From the NCBI RefSeq assembly GCF_018350175.1, contig NC_058368.1:199518001-199582000 (forward strand): a stretch of 64,000 nucleotides of DNA. The letters are read 5' to 3'. This DNA comes from Felis catus (Eukaryota). Positions 39,102 through 51,183 of the stretch are shown in pieces (position 1 is the first letter of the stretch; the number at the start of each line of letters is the position of its first letter). Under the pieces are notes generated by a model. It searched no databases and had not been told where the DNA came from. It worked only from the letters and a program-made list of their open reading frames with translations. A program made the translations under genes and the position numbers.

Positions 39102-40505
39102 TTTTATTTTATTTATTTATTTATTTTATATGAAGTTTATTGACAAATTGGTTTCCATACAACACCCAGTGCTCATCCCAAAAGGTGCCCTCCTCAATAC
39201 CCATCACCCACCCTCTCCTCCCTCCCACCCCCCATCAACCCTCAGTTTGTTCTCAGTTTTTAAGAGTCTCTTATGCTTTGGCTCTCTCCCACTCTAACCT
39301 GTTTTTTTTTCCTTCCCCTACCCCATGGGTTCCTGTTAATTTCTCAGGGTCCACATAAGAGTGAAACCATATGGTATCTGTCTTTCTCTGTATGGCTTAT
39401 TTCACTTAGCATCACACTCTCCAGTTCCATCCACGTTGCTACAAAAGGCCATATTTCATTTTTTCTCATTGCCACGTAGTACTCCATTGTGTATATAAAC
39501 CACAATTTCTTTATCCATTCATCAGTTGATGGACATTTAGGCTCTTTCCATAATTTGGCTATTGTTGAGAGTGCTGCTATGAACATTGGGGTACAAGTGG
39601 CCCTATGCATCAGTACTCCTGTATCCTTTGGATAAATTCCTAGCAGTGCTATTGCTGGGTCATAGGGTAGGTCTATTTTTAATTTTCTGAGGAACCTCCA
39701 CACTGCTTTCCAGAGCGGCTGCACCAATTTGCATTCCCACCAACAGTGCAAGAGGGTTCCCGTTTCTCCGCATCCTCTCCAGCATCTAGAGTCTCCTGAT
39801 TTGTTCATTTTGGCCACTCTGACTGGCGTGAGGTGATACCTGAGTGTGGTTTTGATTTGTATTTCCCTGATAAGGAGCGACGTTGAACATCTTTTCATGT
39901 GCCTGTTGGCCATCCGGATGTCTTCTTTAGAGAAGTGTCTATTCATGTTTTCTGCCCATTTCTTCACTGGGTTATTTGTTTTTCGGGTGTGGAGTTTGGT
40001 GAGCTCTTTATAGATTTTGGATACTAGCCCTTTGTCCGAGATGTCATTTGCCAATATCTTTTCCCATTCCGTTGGTTGCCTTTTAGTTTTGTTGGTTGTT
40101 TCCTTTGCTGTGCAGAAGCTTTTTATCTTCATAAGGTCCCAGTAATTCACTTTTGCTTTTAATTCCCTTGCCTTTGGGGATGTGTCGAGTAAGAGATTGC
40201 TACGGCTGAGGTCAGAGAGGTCTTTTCCTGCTTTCTCCTCTAAGGTTTTGATGGTTTCCTGTCTCACATTTAGGTCCTTTATCCATTTGGAGTTTATTTT
40301 TGTGAATGGTGTGAGAAAGTGGTCTAGTTTCAACCTTCTGCATGTTGCTGTCCAGTTCTCCCAGCACCATTTGTTAAAGAGGCTGTCTTTTTTCCATTGG
40401 ATGTTCTTTCCTGCTTTGTCAAAGATGAGTTGGCCATACGTTTGTGGGTCTAGTTCTGGGGTTTCTATTCTATTCCATTGGTCTATGTGTCTGTTTTTGT
40501 GCCAA
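39102..40505 (-). mobile_element. Young 5'-truncated felid L1 (L1_Fc-like)
   Basis: Perfect TSD gaataaatgcatttta (39086-39101 / 40506-40521), (TTTTA)n tail, uninterrupted ORF2 C-terminus from [12 protein letters not shown] through the CCHC region ([25 protein letters not shown]) to the stop at 39344; CpGs retained. Confidence 0.97.
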
Positions 40506-40513
40506 GAATAAAT

Positions 40514-42780
40514 GCATTTTAGTTTTGTTGAATGTTTCCTTTGCTGTGCAGAGGATTTTTTATCTTGATGAGGTCTCTGTAGTTCATTTTTGCTTTTTTT
40601 TTCCCTTGCCTCTGGAGACATGTCTAGTAAGAAGTTGCTGTGGCCAAGGTAAAAGAGGTTATTGCCTGTTTTCTTCTAGGATTTTGATGGTTTCCTGTCT
40701 TACATTTAGGTCTTTCATCTATTTTGAGTTTATTTTTGTGTATTGTGTGAAAAATTGGTCCAGGGTCATTCTTTTATGTGTCGCTGTGCGGTTTTCCCAA
40801 CACTGTTTGTTGAAGAAACTGACTTTTTTCTATTAGATACTCTTTTCTGCTTTGTTGATTAATTGGCCATATGTTTGTGGGTCCATTTCTGGGTTTTCTG
40901 TTCTGTTCCATTGATGTGTGTGTCTGTTTTTGTGCCAGTATCATACTGTCTTGATGATTACATCTTTGTAGTGTAGCTTGAAGTCCAGAATTGTGATGCC
41001 TCCAGCTTTTTATTTTTTTTTCAATGTTACTTTGGCTATTTGGGGGTCTTTTCTGGTTCCATACAAATTTTAGAATTGTTTGTTCTAGTTCTGTGAAGAA
41101 TGCTAGTATTATTCTGATAGGTATTGCATTGAATGTGTAGATTGATTTGGGTAGTAGAAACATTTTAATAATATTCTTCCAATCCATGAGCTAGGAATGT
41201 TTTCCATTTCTTTGTGTCTTCTTCAGTTTCTTCATAAGCTTTCTATGGTTTTCAGCATATGAATCTTGTACTCCTTTGGTTAGGTTTATTCCTAGATATC
41301 TTTTGGTTTTTGGTACAATTGTAAATGGGATTGATTCCTTGATTTCTCTTTCTGTAGCTTCATTACTGGTGTGCAGAAATGCAACCAATTTCTGTATGTT
41401 AATTTTATATCCTGCAACTTTGCTGAATTAATGTATCTGTTCTAGCAGTTTTTTGGTGGAGTTTTCTGGGTTTTCCACATAAAGTATTATGCATGTCATC
41501 TGCGAAGAGTGAAAGTTTGACTTCTTTGCCAATTTGTATGCCTTTTATTTCTTTTTGTTGTCTGATTGCTGAGGCTAGAACTTCCAGTACTATGTTCTAT
41601 GTTGAACAACAGTGGTGAGAGTGTATATCCCTGTCATGTTCCTGACCTTAGGGGAAAAGCTCTCAGTTTTTCCCCATAGGTTGATATTAGCTGTGGATCT
41701 TTCACATATGGTCTTTATGATGTTGAGGCATGTTCCTTTTATCTCTACTTTATTGAGTTTTTTTTTTTTATCAAGAAAGGATGCTGTATTTTGTCAAATG
41801 CTTTTTTTCTGCATCTATTGAGTGGATTGTATGATTCTTATCCTTTCTTTTATTAATGTGGTGTATCACATTGATTGATTTGCAAATTTTGAACCAGCCT
41901 GTCAGCCCAGGAATAAATTCCACTTGATCATGGGGAATAATTCTTTTAACTGCTGTTGAATTCGATTTGCTAGTATCTTGTTGATAATTTTTGCATCCAG
42001 GTTCATCAGGGATATTGGCCTGTAATTCTTCTTTTTAGGGGGTCTTTGTTTGGTTTTGGAATCAAGGTAATGCTGGCTTCATAGAGTGAGTTTGGGAGGT
42101 TTCCTTCCATTTCTATTTTTTGGAACAGTTTGAGAAGAACAGGTATTAAGTCTTCTTTAAATGGTAAAATTCCTCTGGGTATTTGTCTGGCCTAGGACTC
42201 TTGTTTGTTGGGAGATATTTGATAACTGATTTAATTTCTTTGATGGTTATTGGTCTGTTCAAATTTTATATTTCTTGTTTCAGTTTTGGTAGTGTGTGAG
42301 TTTCTAGGAATTTTTCCATTTCTTCTAGATTGCCCAGGTTTTGGCATATAATTTTTCATAATATTCTCTTGTAATTGTTTGTATTTCTTTGATGTTGGTT
42401 TTGATCTCTCCTCTTTCGTTTGTGATATTTATCTATTTGGGCCCTCTCTTTTTTTCTTTTTGATAAGTCTGGCTAGGGGTTTATCAATTTTGTTTATTCT
42501 TTCAAAGAACCAGCATTTAGTTTCATTGATCTGTTCTACTGGGTTTTTGTTTGTTTGTTTCTATATCATTTATTTCTGCTCTAATCTTTATTATTTTCCT
42601 TCTTTTGCTGGCTTTAAGCTTTATTTGCTGCTCCTTTTCTAACTCCTTTAGGTGTAAGGTTACGTTGTGTGTTTATTTTCTTCTTCTTTGGATAGGACTG
42701 AATTGCAATGTACTTTCCTCTTAGGACTGCCTTTGCTATATCCCAAAGGGTTTGGACTGTCATGTTTTCATTTATCATTT
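40514..42780 (-). mobile_element. Internal L1 ORF2 segment of an intermediate-age subfamily, without 3'UTR or poly(A)
   Basis: Repeats ORF2 regions already present at ~37730-39093 and 42781-42983, with different diagnostic bases. Confidence 0.8.
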
Positions 42781-44610
42781 GCTCTAATATTTATTATTTT
42801 CTTCCTTCTGCTGGTGTTAGGTTTTGTTTGTTGTTCTTTTTCTAACTGCCTTGGGTGTAAAGTTAGTTCATTTGAGATTTTTCTTGCTTCTTGAGGTAGA
42901 CATGTAATGCTATAAACTTCTCTTTTAGGACTGCTTTTGCTGTATCCCAAAAGTTTTGGACCACTTTGTTTTAATTTTCATTTGTTTCCATGTACTTTTT
43001 AATTTCTTCTTTTATTTCCTGATTGACCCATTTACTTTTTAGTAGCATGTTATTTAACCTCCATGTATTTGTGGTCTTTCCATATTTTTTCCTGTGATTG
43101 ATTTCTAGTTCCATAGCATTGTTGTCAGAAAAGGTGCATGGCATGACTTCAACTTTCTTCAATTTGTTGAGGCTTGTTTTGTGGCTCAATATATGACCTA
43201 TTCTGGAGAATGTTCCAGTGTCTTTGAAAAAATGTGTATTCTGCTGTTTTAGGATGGAATGTTCTGAATATATATTTAAACCTACCTGTTCCAGTGTATC
43301 ATTCAAAGCCATTGTTTCCTTGTTGACTTTCTGTTTAGATGATATGTACGGATGTAACCAGGGTGTTAAAGTCCTCTAATGTTATTGTATTATTATTATT
43401 TAGTTCCTTTATGGTTGTCATTAACTGTTTTATGTGTTTGGGTGCTTTCAAGTTGGGGGCCTAAATATTTACAATTGCTATATCTTCTTGTTGGATTCCC
43501 CCCTTTATTACTATGTAGTGTCCTTCTTTGTCTCTTGGTATAGTCTGCTTTAAAGTCTATTGTGTCCAATATAAGTATTCCCATTCTGGATATTTTTTTT
43601 TTTTTACATCCATTTGCTTGATAGATGTTTCTCCATCCCCTTACTTTCAATCTGCAGGTGTCTTGGGTCTAAATTGAGCCTCTTGTAGGCAGCATACAAA
43701 TGGGTCTTGTTTTTTCATTCATTCTGTCTTTTGATTGGAGAGTTTAGTTCATTTACAGTCAATTATTGATAGTTCTGTATTTGTTGTCATTTTGTTATTT
43801 GTTTTGTGGTTGTTTCTGAATATTTTCTCTGACTCTTGACTTTCTTTCATGGTTTGCTGATTTTAGTGATATATTTGGATTTCTTTTTCTTTACTCTTTT
43901 TATATTTATTAGTGGTTTTTGATGTATGGTTACTATTATGTTTGTATATAACCTCTTCTGCAAATAGCAGTCTATGTTAAGTTGATGGTTGTTTAAGTTT
44001 GAACCTATTCGTTACTCCTCTTCTCTTCACGTTTTAGGTATATATTGTCATATTTTACATGGTTTCATTTTGTGATTTCCTTGACTGATTCTTTTTACAG
44101 AAATATTCATTTTTACTGCTTTTGTGTTTCCTTCTTTCATACTGTCTCTTTTGGTTACTCAAAGAGTCCCCTTTAATATTTCTTGAGGGGCTGGTTTAGT
44201 GGTCATGAACTCCTTTAGTTTTTGTTTATCTGGGAAACTCTTTTTTCCCCCCTCTATTCTGAATGAAAGCCTTGCTGGATAGACTATTCTTGGCTGCAGA
44301 CTTTCCTTTCAATGCTTTGAATATATATCATGCCACTTCCTTCTGACTTGGAAAGTTTCTGCTGAAAAATCCCCTGCTAGCCTTATAGGGTTTCCCTCCT
44401 ATATTACTATCTTCTTTTGTCTTGCTGCTTTAAAAATTTTTTTCTTATCACTATATTTTGCCAACTTAATTACAATATGTCTTGATGTAGATCTGATTTT
44501 GTTGATTTTGTTAGGGGTCTCTGTGCCTCTTGGGTCTGGATATCTGTTTCCTTCCCCAGATCAGGGAAGTCTTCAGCTATTATTTTGTCAAATAAATCTT
44601 CTGCCACCTT

Positions 44611-44716
44611 TTCCTCCTCCTCCTCCTCCTCCTCCTCCTCTTCCTCCTGTTCCCTTCCCCCTCCCCGTTCTTCTTCTTCTTCTTCTTCTTCTTCTTCTTC
44701 TTCTTCTTCTTCTCTT
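44611..44716. repeat. (CCT)n...(CTT)n polypyrimidine tract within L1 ORF1
   Basis: ~105 bp almost pure C/T (two G). Confidence 0.95.
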
Positions 44717-45921
44717 GGGACTCCTATAATATGAATGTTATTATGTTATATAAAGTCACTGAGTTCCCTGTCCTTGTTTTGCTTAATTCTTTTTTCTCTG
44801 TTTTGTTCATCTTGATTATTTTTCATTATTCTGTCTTCTAAGTCATTAATTTGTTCCTCTGCTTCTTCCAGTCTGCTGTTCATTCTATCAAGCATATTTC
44901 TAAGGTTGTTTATGCACTCTTCATCTCTGATTGTTTCCTTTTTTATCTCTGTGTTAAGAGTCTCACTGATTTCTTCCACTCTTTCCTCAAATCCAGTGAG
45001 TATTCTTATAATCATTGCTTTAAATACTCTATCAGACATGTTACTTATATCTGTTTCACTTGAGTCTATGCCCATGGTCTTGTCCTGTTCTTTCATTTGG
45101 GATAAATTTCTCTGTCTTCTCATCTTGTCTAAGTCTCTGTGCTTGTTTCTCTGTGTGTGGTGTGAGAAAGTTGTCCAGTTTCATTCTTTTGCATGTTGCT
45201 GTCCAGTTTTCCCAACACCATTTGCTGAACAGACTGTATTTTTTCTATTGAGAAGTCTTTTCTGCTTTGTTAAAGATTAGTTGACCATTTAGTTGTGGGC
45301 TCATTGCTGACTTTTCTATTCTGTTCCATTGATCTATGTGTCTGTTTTTGTGCCAGTACCATACTGTTTTGATTGCTACATCTTTGTAATATAACTTGAA
45401 GTCCAGAATTGCAATGCCTCCATGTTTGCTTTTCTTTTTCAAGATTGCTTTGGTAATCTTTTGTGCTTCCATACAAACTTTAGGATTATAAAACTCCAGG
45501 CTTTAAGATTTAATGATTGCCAGAAATCACAAAATTTTGCTCTTCTTGTTTTCCAAGTGAATTGTTGTGGGGATTGTCTTCCCCCCCTGCATTTCCCTGT
45601 GTTGTAGTCTGTCTCTTGCTCTTCTCCATGACTTCAGCTCCATCCCACCACAGTGGCTATATTCTACTTCTCTACCAAACTGTGTCTCTGTACATTCTAC
45701 CTTCTTTGATGTTGCTTGTTCTCTGCCTTTAGTTATGGAGTTTTTTCTGTCATCCTTTAGGTGAATTTCTGAGGTATTTAGGGTGATTTGATAGTTATCT
45801 AGTTGTATTCATGGGTTGAGGTTAGCTTACGGTCCTCCTACTCTGCTTCCATATGCCAGGTCACCTAAATCTGTTTGTTTTTAAGTGTGGCAGTAAGTAG
45901 GCAAACGACACACACATAGAA

Positions 45922-46710
45922 TGTGTTAGGGAAAGTCAGCTATGTCTCCTGTTCTTGAGGGTAATCACCTTATGATGAAGAGGTCGTATAATGCTCTGTA
46001 GTGTAGTGTCCCCTGTTCACCAGGGCCTGGCACTTCTGGGAGTGTCTCCAATGTGTGCTGTGTATGCTCTGCCGTTTTTTTTTTTCTCTCAGCCACTTTA
46101 TCCTTCATGCCAGTCATCTACAGAGGCTCTCTCTGCCTGTTGTGGGCAGTGTTTTGTCTCTGGCCTGAATGTGGCATGTTTTAACTAGATGTGCTCTGGT
46201 GTGTTTGTGAAATGAGAACTGTTGTCACCACCACTGGAACTAAGGCATCACAAAACTCCTGGGTTGAATGAGGCAGTGTGAGCAGAGGTTTGGGCTGGTC
46301 TTCTGAGAAAGATGGCCTGCCACTCTGGGACTGGGGCAAGTGTGACTGGGAAGGGCAGTTCCTCTAGAGCATTGGGAGATGGGGCTTGGTGTGAGCAAGT
46401 TAGGTAGCTTGTGTTGGCACTGTGCTGGTTCCTGCAGGTGGCCCCGTGGTTGTGCTGAGGGGTGGGGTAGGAAAATGGCCCTGGCCAGTTCCTTAGTTCC
46501 TGGAGGGGTCTCCCTATGAATCATACCTCTCTGGGATGCACTCCAAGTTGAAAAAAATCACCTTTCCACTCCATGCCCCAGGTGCCCTTCAGATTGCTGT
46601 GTCCATGCTATATGTCCACAGTTTTTTTACCTACCTTCTCTTCAAGAGCAGTACAATTCTCTTCATGCTCTATCTCAGCCAGGCCTATTGACCTTTAAAA
46701 CTTTAGGCTT
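45922..46710 (-). mobile_element. Displaced L1 5'UTR segment
   Basis: GC-richer; starts 'tgtgttagggaaagtcagctatgtctcctgttcttga' (normally adjacent to the ORF1 start region) and ends 'aaaactttaggctt', matching 45490 'aaaactccaggctt'. Confidence 0.75.
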
Positions 46711-46722
46711 CCTCCCGCCCCC

Positions 46723-47040
46723 AATTTTTATTTAAATCTCACTTAGTTAACATACAGTGTAATACTAGTTTCAGGTATAGCATTTGGCAATTCATCACTT
46801 ACATTAAACACCCAGTGATCATCACAACAAGTGCCCTTCTTAATACCCATCACCTATTTAACCTATCCCTCCTGCCCACCACCTCCCCCTTCCAGTAACC
46901 CTCAGCTTGTTCTTTATAGTTAAGAGTCTGTTTCCTGGTTTGCCTCCCCACCACCTCTGCCCCATGTTCATCTTCATTTTATTTCTTAAATTTCACATAT
47001 GAGTGAAATCATATGGTATTTGTCTTTGACTGACTTAGTT
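46723..47040 (-). mobile_element. Short carnivore L1 3' end
   Basis: 'tttttatttaaatctcacttagttaacatacagtg...cacatatgagtgaaatcatatggtatttgtc'. Confidence 0.9.
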
Positions 47041-48124
47041 ACACATGTAGAATGCCAGAATCTGATTTTTAAGGTGATCTGCTGATTCTCCAGTATCAGC
47101 TTTAATGGTGATAGGCTTACATTTGCTTTTCCTCTGTGTGACCTCTGATGTCCATTTCTCAGTTGGTTTTGAATGCCTCATGGGAACTGAGGAGGTGTTA
47201 TATGTTCATGTATTTGCCTCCCTAAATCCTAACAGGGCACATAGATTTACCTCTACTGTAAAATGAGTCGATATTCTCCCTCACCCCCATGCCGTAAATC
47301 CTCTTGGCTGCATATCTGCTGATAGGTTTCAGAGTTGCCACATCATTACATCATTTGTAGATGTACCACAAGAATGCTGTGAGCCATAGCCCTCTTGGCT
47401 TTTAGGAAACATCAAACTTAGTGAATGGGAATATACATCATCACCCTTGTTATGTGAGTTCTTTTGTGAATGTTTGTACCTGTAAAGGACATGGGCATGG
47501 CTGCCTCTCTTGGGACTTTTCTCTTTATACCCAAGAACAGATTTTCATAGCATCAGGATAGCCCTATGCTCATTTTGTAGTAGGTAGGATTGAAGTATAG
47601 AGAAAGTAGAGCTGTATGTTTGCTCACTTAGAAAAAAGTTTTCTTTCCACTTTGCCTATAAAATTGTGAATTTTTGAATAAGAGGTATGTACATTTCAGT
47701 GCAGTCTTATTCAAGAATTATGTTCTTGAGTAAAATTGTTAGAATATGAATTTACCAATTTATATATAACGATGTTGCCTAATAAAAGCATTCAAAACTG
47801 AAGTCAGAATATTAAAGTACTAAATTCATGTGTAATCTATTCAGCTACTGTTTTTTTCAAATATATCAAAAGAATATTTTTTATTTCCATCTGCATTATT
47901 TTGTACATTTGAGAAAATCTTGCCAAATCTTACATACAGAAATCTTCTTTTGTTAGCCCATTTTGCTTTTTTTGTGTGACCTACATTCCAATAAATGTGC
48001 CTCAAAGTGTTAAAAGTGAAAATTGGTATTTCTTACATAGTCATCCAACAGAAATCAATATTAACATTAGAAAGTCAGTGGGTGGCTATTGTACATAGTA
48101 AATAGATTTAAAATGGGGAAAACA

Positions 48125-48353
48125 GGGTCGCCTGGGTGGCGCAGTCGGTTAAGCGTCCGACTTCAGCCAGGTCACGATCTCGCGGTCCGGGAGTTCGAGC
48201 CCCGCGTCGGGCTCTGGGCTGATGGCTCAGAGCCTGGAGCCTGTTTCCGATTCTGTGTCTCCCTCTCTCTCTGCCCCTCCCCTGTTCATGCTTTGTCTCT
48301 CTCTGTCCCAAAAATAATAAACGTTGAAAAAGAAATTTAAAAAAATAAATAAA
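48125..48353 (+). mobile_element. Young felid Can-SINE
   Basis: Perfect 16-bp TSD taaaatggggaaaaca (48109-48124 / 48354-48369); many CpGs; intact A/B boxes (tggcgcagtcgg, gagttcgagcc). Confidence 0.98.
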
Positions 48354-49297
48354 TAAAATGGGGAAAACAATGAAATCAACTTTAGTATTATTAGTAACTG
48401 AGATGGATATTACATGCTTTGGGAACTGTGTTTGTATTACATGTCAAATCCCATTATAAAATATGTCATTAGAATGGAAAGGTTCATAGAAAATAACATG
48501 TCCACACCCCTGGCAATTGCCCATTTATTTCAAGCAACATTCAATAAAAAACAGAGACATTTCCACTGTCTTTGGAATTCATTAATAAAATTTGGCTTGT
48601 ATTGCCATATACCTCTTGCCAAAGGATTCACATCTAGTGCACATTTTCCTGTGCGTTGATCCTAGAACTGTATTCTTCATGATCCCTTTATACATTCCCT
48701 TGAATTCCCTCCCAACATTCCTGCTAGACTCTTGAACGAGAACATGGATTTTGCTGCTATTGAAATTTTCAAAATGGGTCAAAAGTATTTAAGGCAAGCC
48801 AGGAATTCTCTAACAGCTTTGCTGAGATTTAATTATTCCAGATGATAAAGCATTACCTTCCAGTACATGTTAGGATTGAGTAGCATAATCTGCTGATATC
48901 TAAGGAATGTAGCTTGGTAATCACTTTGGCCTTAGGGTTTTCAGAGTATTGATTTAGATGGGTAATAGTTCTGATGTTGAATCAGAATCCAATTTTAATG
49001 ACAATTTTAGCATCTCTGGGAATAAAATGGAATAATATGTGATACAGATGTTGAATTGGACAAATTTCCAATATAAGAAGAAGCATCTAAATAATTCCTG
49101 GGAACTAAAACTTCTTTTTGAACATACTGATTTTACATACAAATGTTGTCACCTCATTTGTAAAGTGCCACAACTAGAATATGAGGAACTAGATCTCAAA
49201 GAGGGAAATACTGCTTGGTGTTCAGATGGTCACAAGTAAGAAAACACTTGAATGACATCAAGGAAAACACTTGAATGTCATTCAAAAAAGCTTGATT

Positions 49298-50203
49298 TTT
49301 AAAATATAATTTATTGTCAGGTTGGTTTCCATACAACACCCAGTGCTTATCCCAATAGGTGCCTTCCTCAATGCCCATCACCCACTTTCCCCTCTCCCCC
49401 ACCCCCATTAACCCTCAATTTGTTCTCAGTTTTTAAGAGTCTCTTATGGTTTGCCTCCTTCCCTCTCTGTAACTTTTCCCCCTTCCTCTCCCCCCTGGTC
49501 TTCTGTTAAGTTTCTCAGGATCCACATATGAGTGAAAACATATGGTATCTGTCTTTCTCTGCCTGACTTATTTCACTTAGTATAATACTCTCTAGTTCCA
49601 TCCACATTGCTACAAATGGCCATATTTCATTCTTTCTCATTGCCAAGTAGTATTCCATTGTATACATAAACCACATCTTCTTTTTCCATTCATCAGTTGA
49701 TGGACATTTGGGTTCTTTCCATAATTTGACTATTGTTGAAAGTGCTGCTATAAACATTGGGATACAAGTGCCCCTATGCATCAGCACTCCTGTATCCCTT
49801 GGATAAATTCCTAGCAGTGCTGTTGCTGGGTCATAGGGTAGATCTATTTTTAATTTTTTGAAGAACCTCCACACTGTTTTTAAGAGTGTCTGCATCAGTT
49901 TGCATTCCCACCAACAGTGCAAGAGGGTTCCCGTTTCTCCACATCCTCTCCAGCATCTATAGTCTCCTGATTTGTTCATATTAGCCACTCTGACCAGAGT
50001 GAGGTGATATCTCAGTGTGGTTTGGATTTGTATTTCCCTGATGAGGAGTGACGTTGAGCATCTTCTCATGTGCCTATTGGCCATCTGGATGTCTTCTTTA
50101 GAAAAGTGTCTATTCATATCTTCTGCCCATTTCTTCACTGGATTATTTGTTTTTCAGGTGTGGAATTTGGTGAGTTCTTTATAGATTTTTGGATACTAGC
50201 CCT
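49298..50203 (-). mobile_element. 5'-truncated felid L1
   Basis: 207-aa ORF2 C-terminus (49515-50138) plus 3'UTR; TSD-like aaagcttgattt / aaagtcttgattt. Confidence 0.95.
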
Positions 50204-51183
50204 GAAAGTCTTGATTTGAAAGAATAGCCAAAGCATGGATATAGATACTGCAGGACAGGAGTTGCACTTTCAACATTAACTACAGGACCTTTCTTGAATG
50301 GAGATTACTTTAAAGAGCAGCAACATTTTGGAAAAATAAAAGTATAGACTAAATATTAATTTAGAGTTATTAATTCATTGCATAATTCTCAGCAAAACAT
50401 TGAATATTTGCTTGTCAAATATGTCTGAAGACTCTTCTGGTAGTGGTATAGAAAATACAAAGGTATCTGGTAGTTCTAAGTCATTCTCATTGGGAAAAAT
50501 ATGGAAAACAAACAGATGCCTTTTTTGATATTGCTTTTGTGTAATAAGTATGCTTTCATACCATGTTGAGACTGTTTGAATAGATTTTCCTGGGTGGAAT
50601 AATTCTTTAGCTCAATTCATTAATGTTCCAGCAGAAAAATGGATAGGAGAGCTAAGAAAGCAGTATTTCCAGGGTTCCCTTTGCCCCAGTGTGACATTTT
50701 CCATTCTCTGTGGGTGCCCAAGGATTTGCCCTTTGATTGATTATAGCATGATTTAGTGCTCTTGATATCTACTAATGTATTGTCCTAGAGTTCTGGTCCA
50801 CCAAATTAATAGTGGTTTATTGTGACACTTCTGATATAATAGAGACATTAGGAAGTTGCAATCCTACTTACTTGTTAAAGGTCAATTCAGATGCTTAGCA
50901 TGAACCTGAAAGTCAAGAATACAAATCTAACACCCAAAGTCCTTTATTTCCTTCCTGAAGACTTTCCAGACTGACCCTTGGCAGCTTTGACAGCTCCAAA
51001 AAGAGAGAAGGGAAATAACAGCTTCTGTCCTAAGGGTTTGTCTATTTTTTTTTCCAACAAAGATCATATCATGGAAATTCTTCTGGGTAGAGAATCATTC
51101 CTTACTAGGCTGTTCATTTGATATTAGCATTTTCTTCTTCCAATAGCACTTAGTGTGACTTCTTTGGATATTTGCCCTACTTT

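Larger units (their letters stand above)
36721..45866 (-). mobile_element. Full-length-extent older carnivore L1, decayed, rearranged and containing nested L1 pieces
   Basis: 3'UTR at 36721; ORF2 peptides 37159-39072 and 42781-43650; ORF1 N-terminus '[16 protein letters not shown]' (45123-44746); 5' start-like 'ggtcctcctactctgc..cat' at ~45831-45855; candidate TSD aatcta(T10)aagtgt 36699-36720 / aatctgtttgtttttaagtgt 45868-45888. Confidence 0.85.

Noticed and set aside
39344..40621. 425-aa ORF as a functional gene
   Set aside because: It is a truncated L1 ORF2 C-terminus. The first ~38 residues come from out-of-frame read-through of the neighbouring L1 and the TSD; EN and RT domains are absent.
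44499..44729. Poly-Pro/poly-Leu peptide
   Set aside because: Translation of the (CCT)/(CTT) microsatellite.
48125..48215. tRNA gene or CpG island
   Set aside because: tRNA-derived head of a Can-SINE followed by the CT tract, A tail and TSD.
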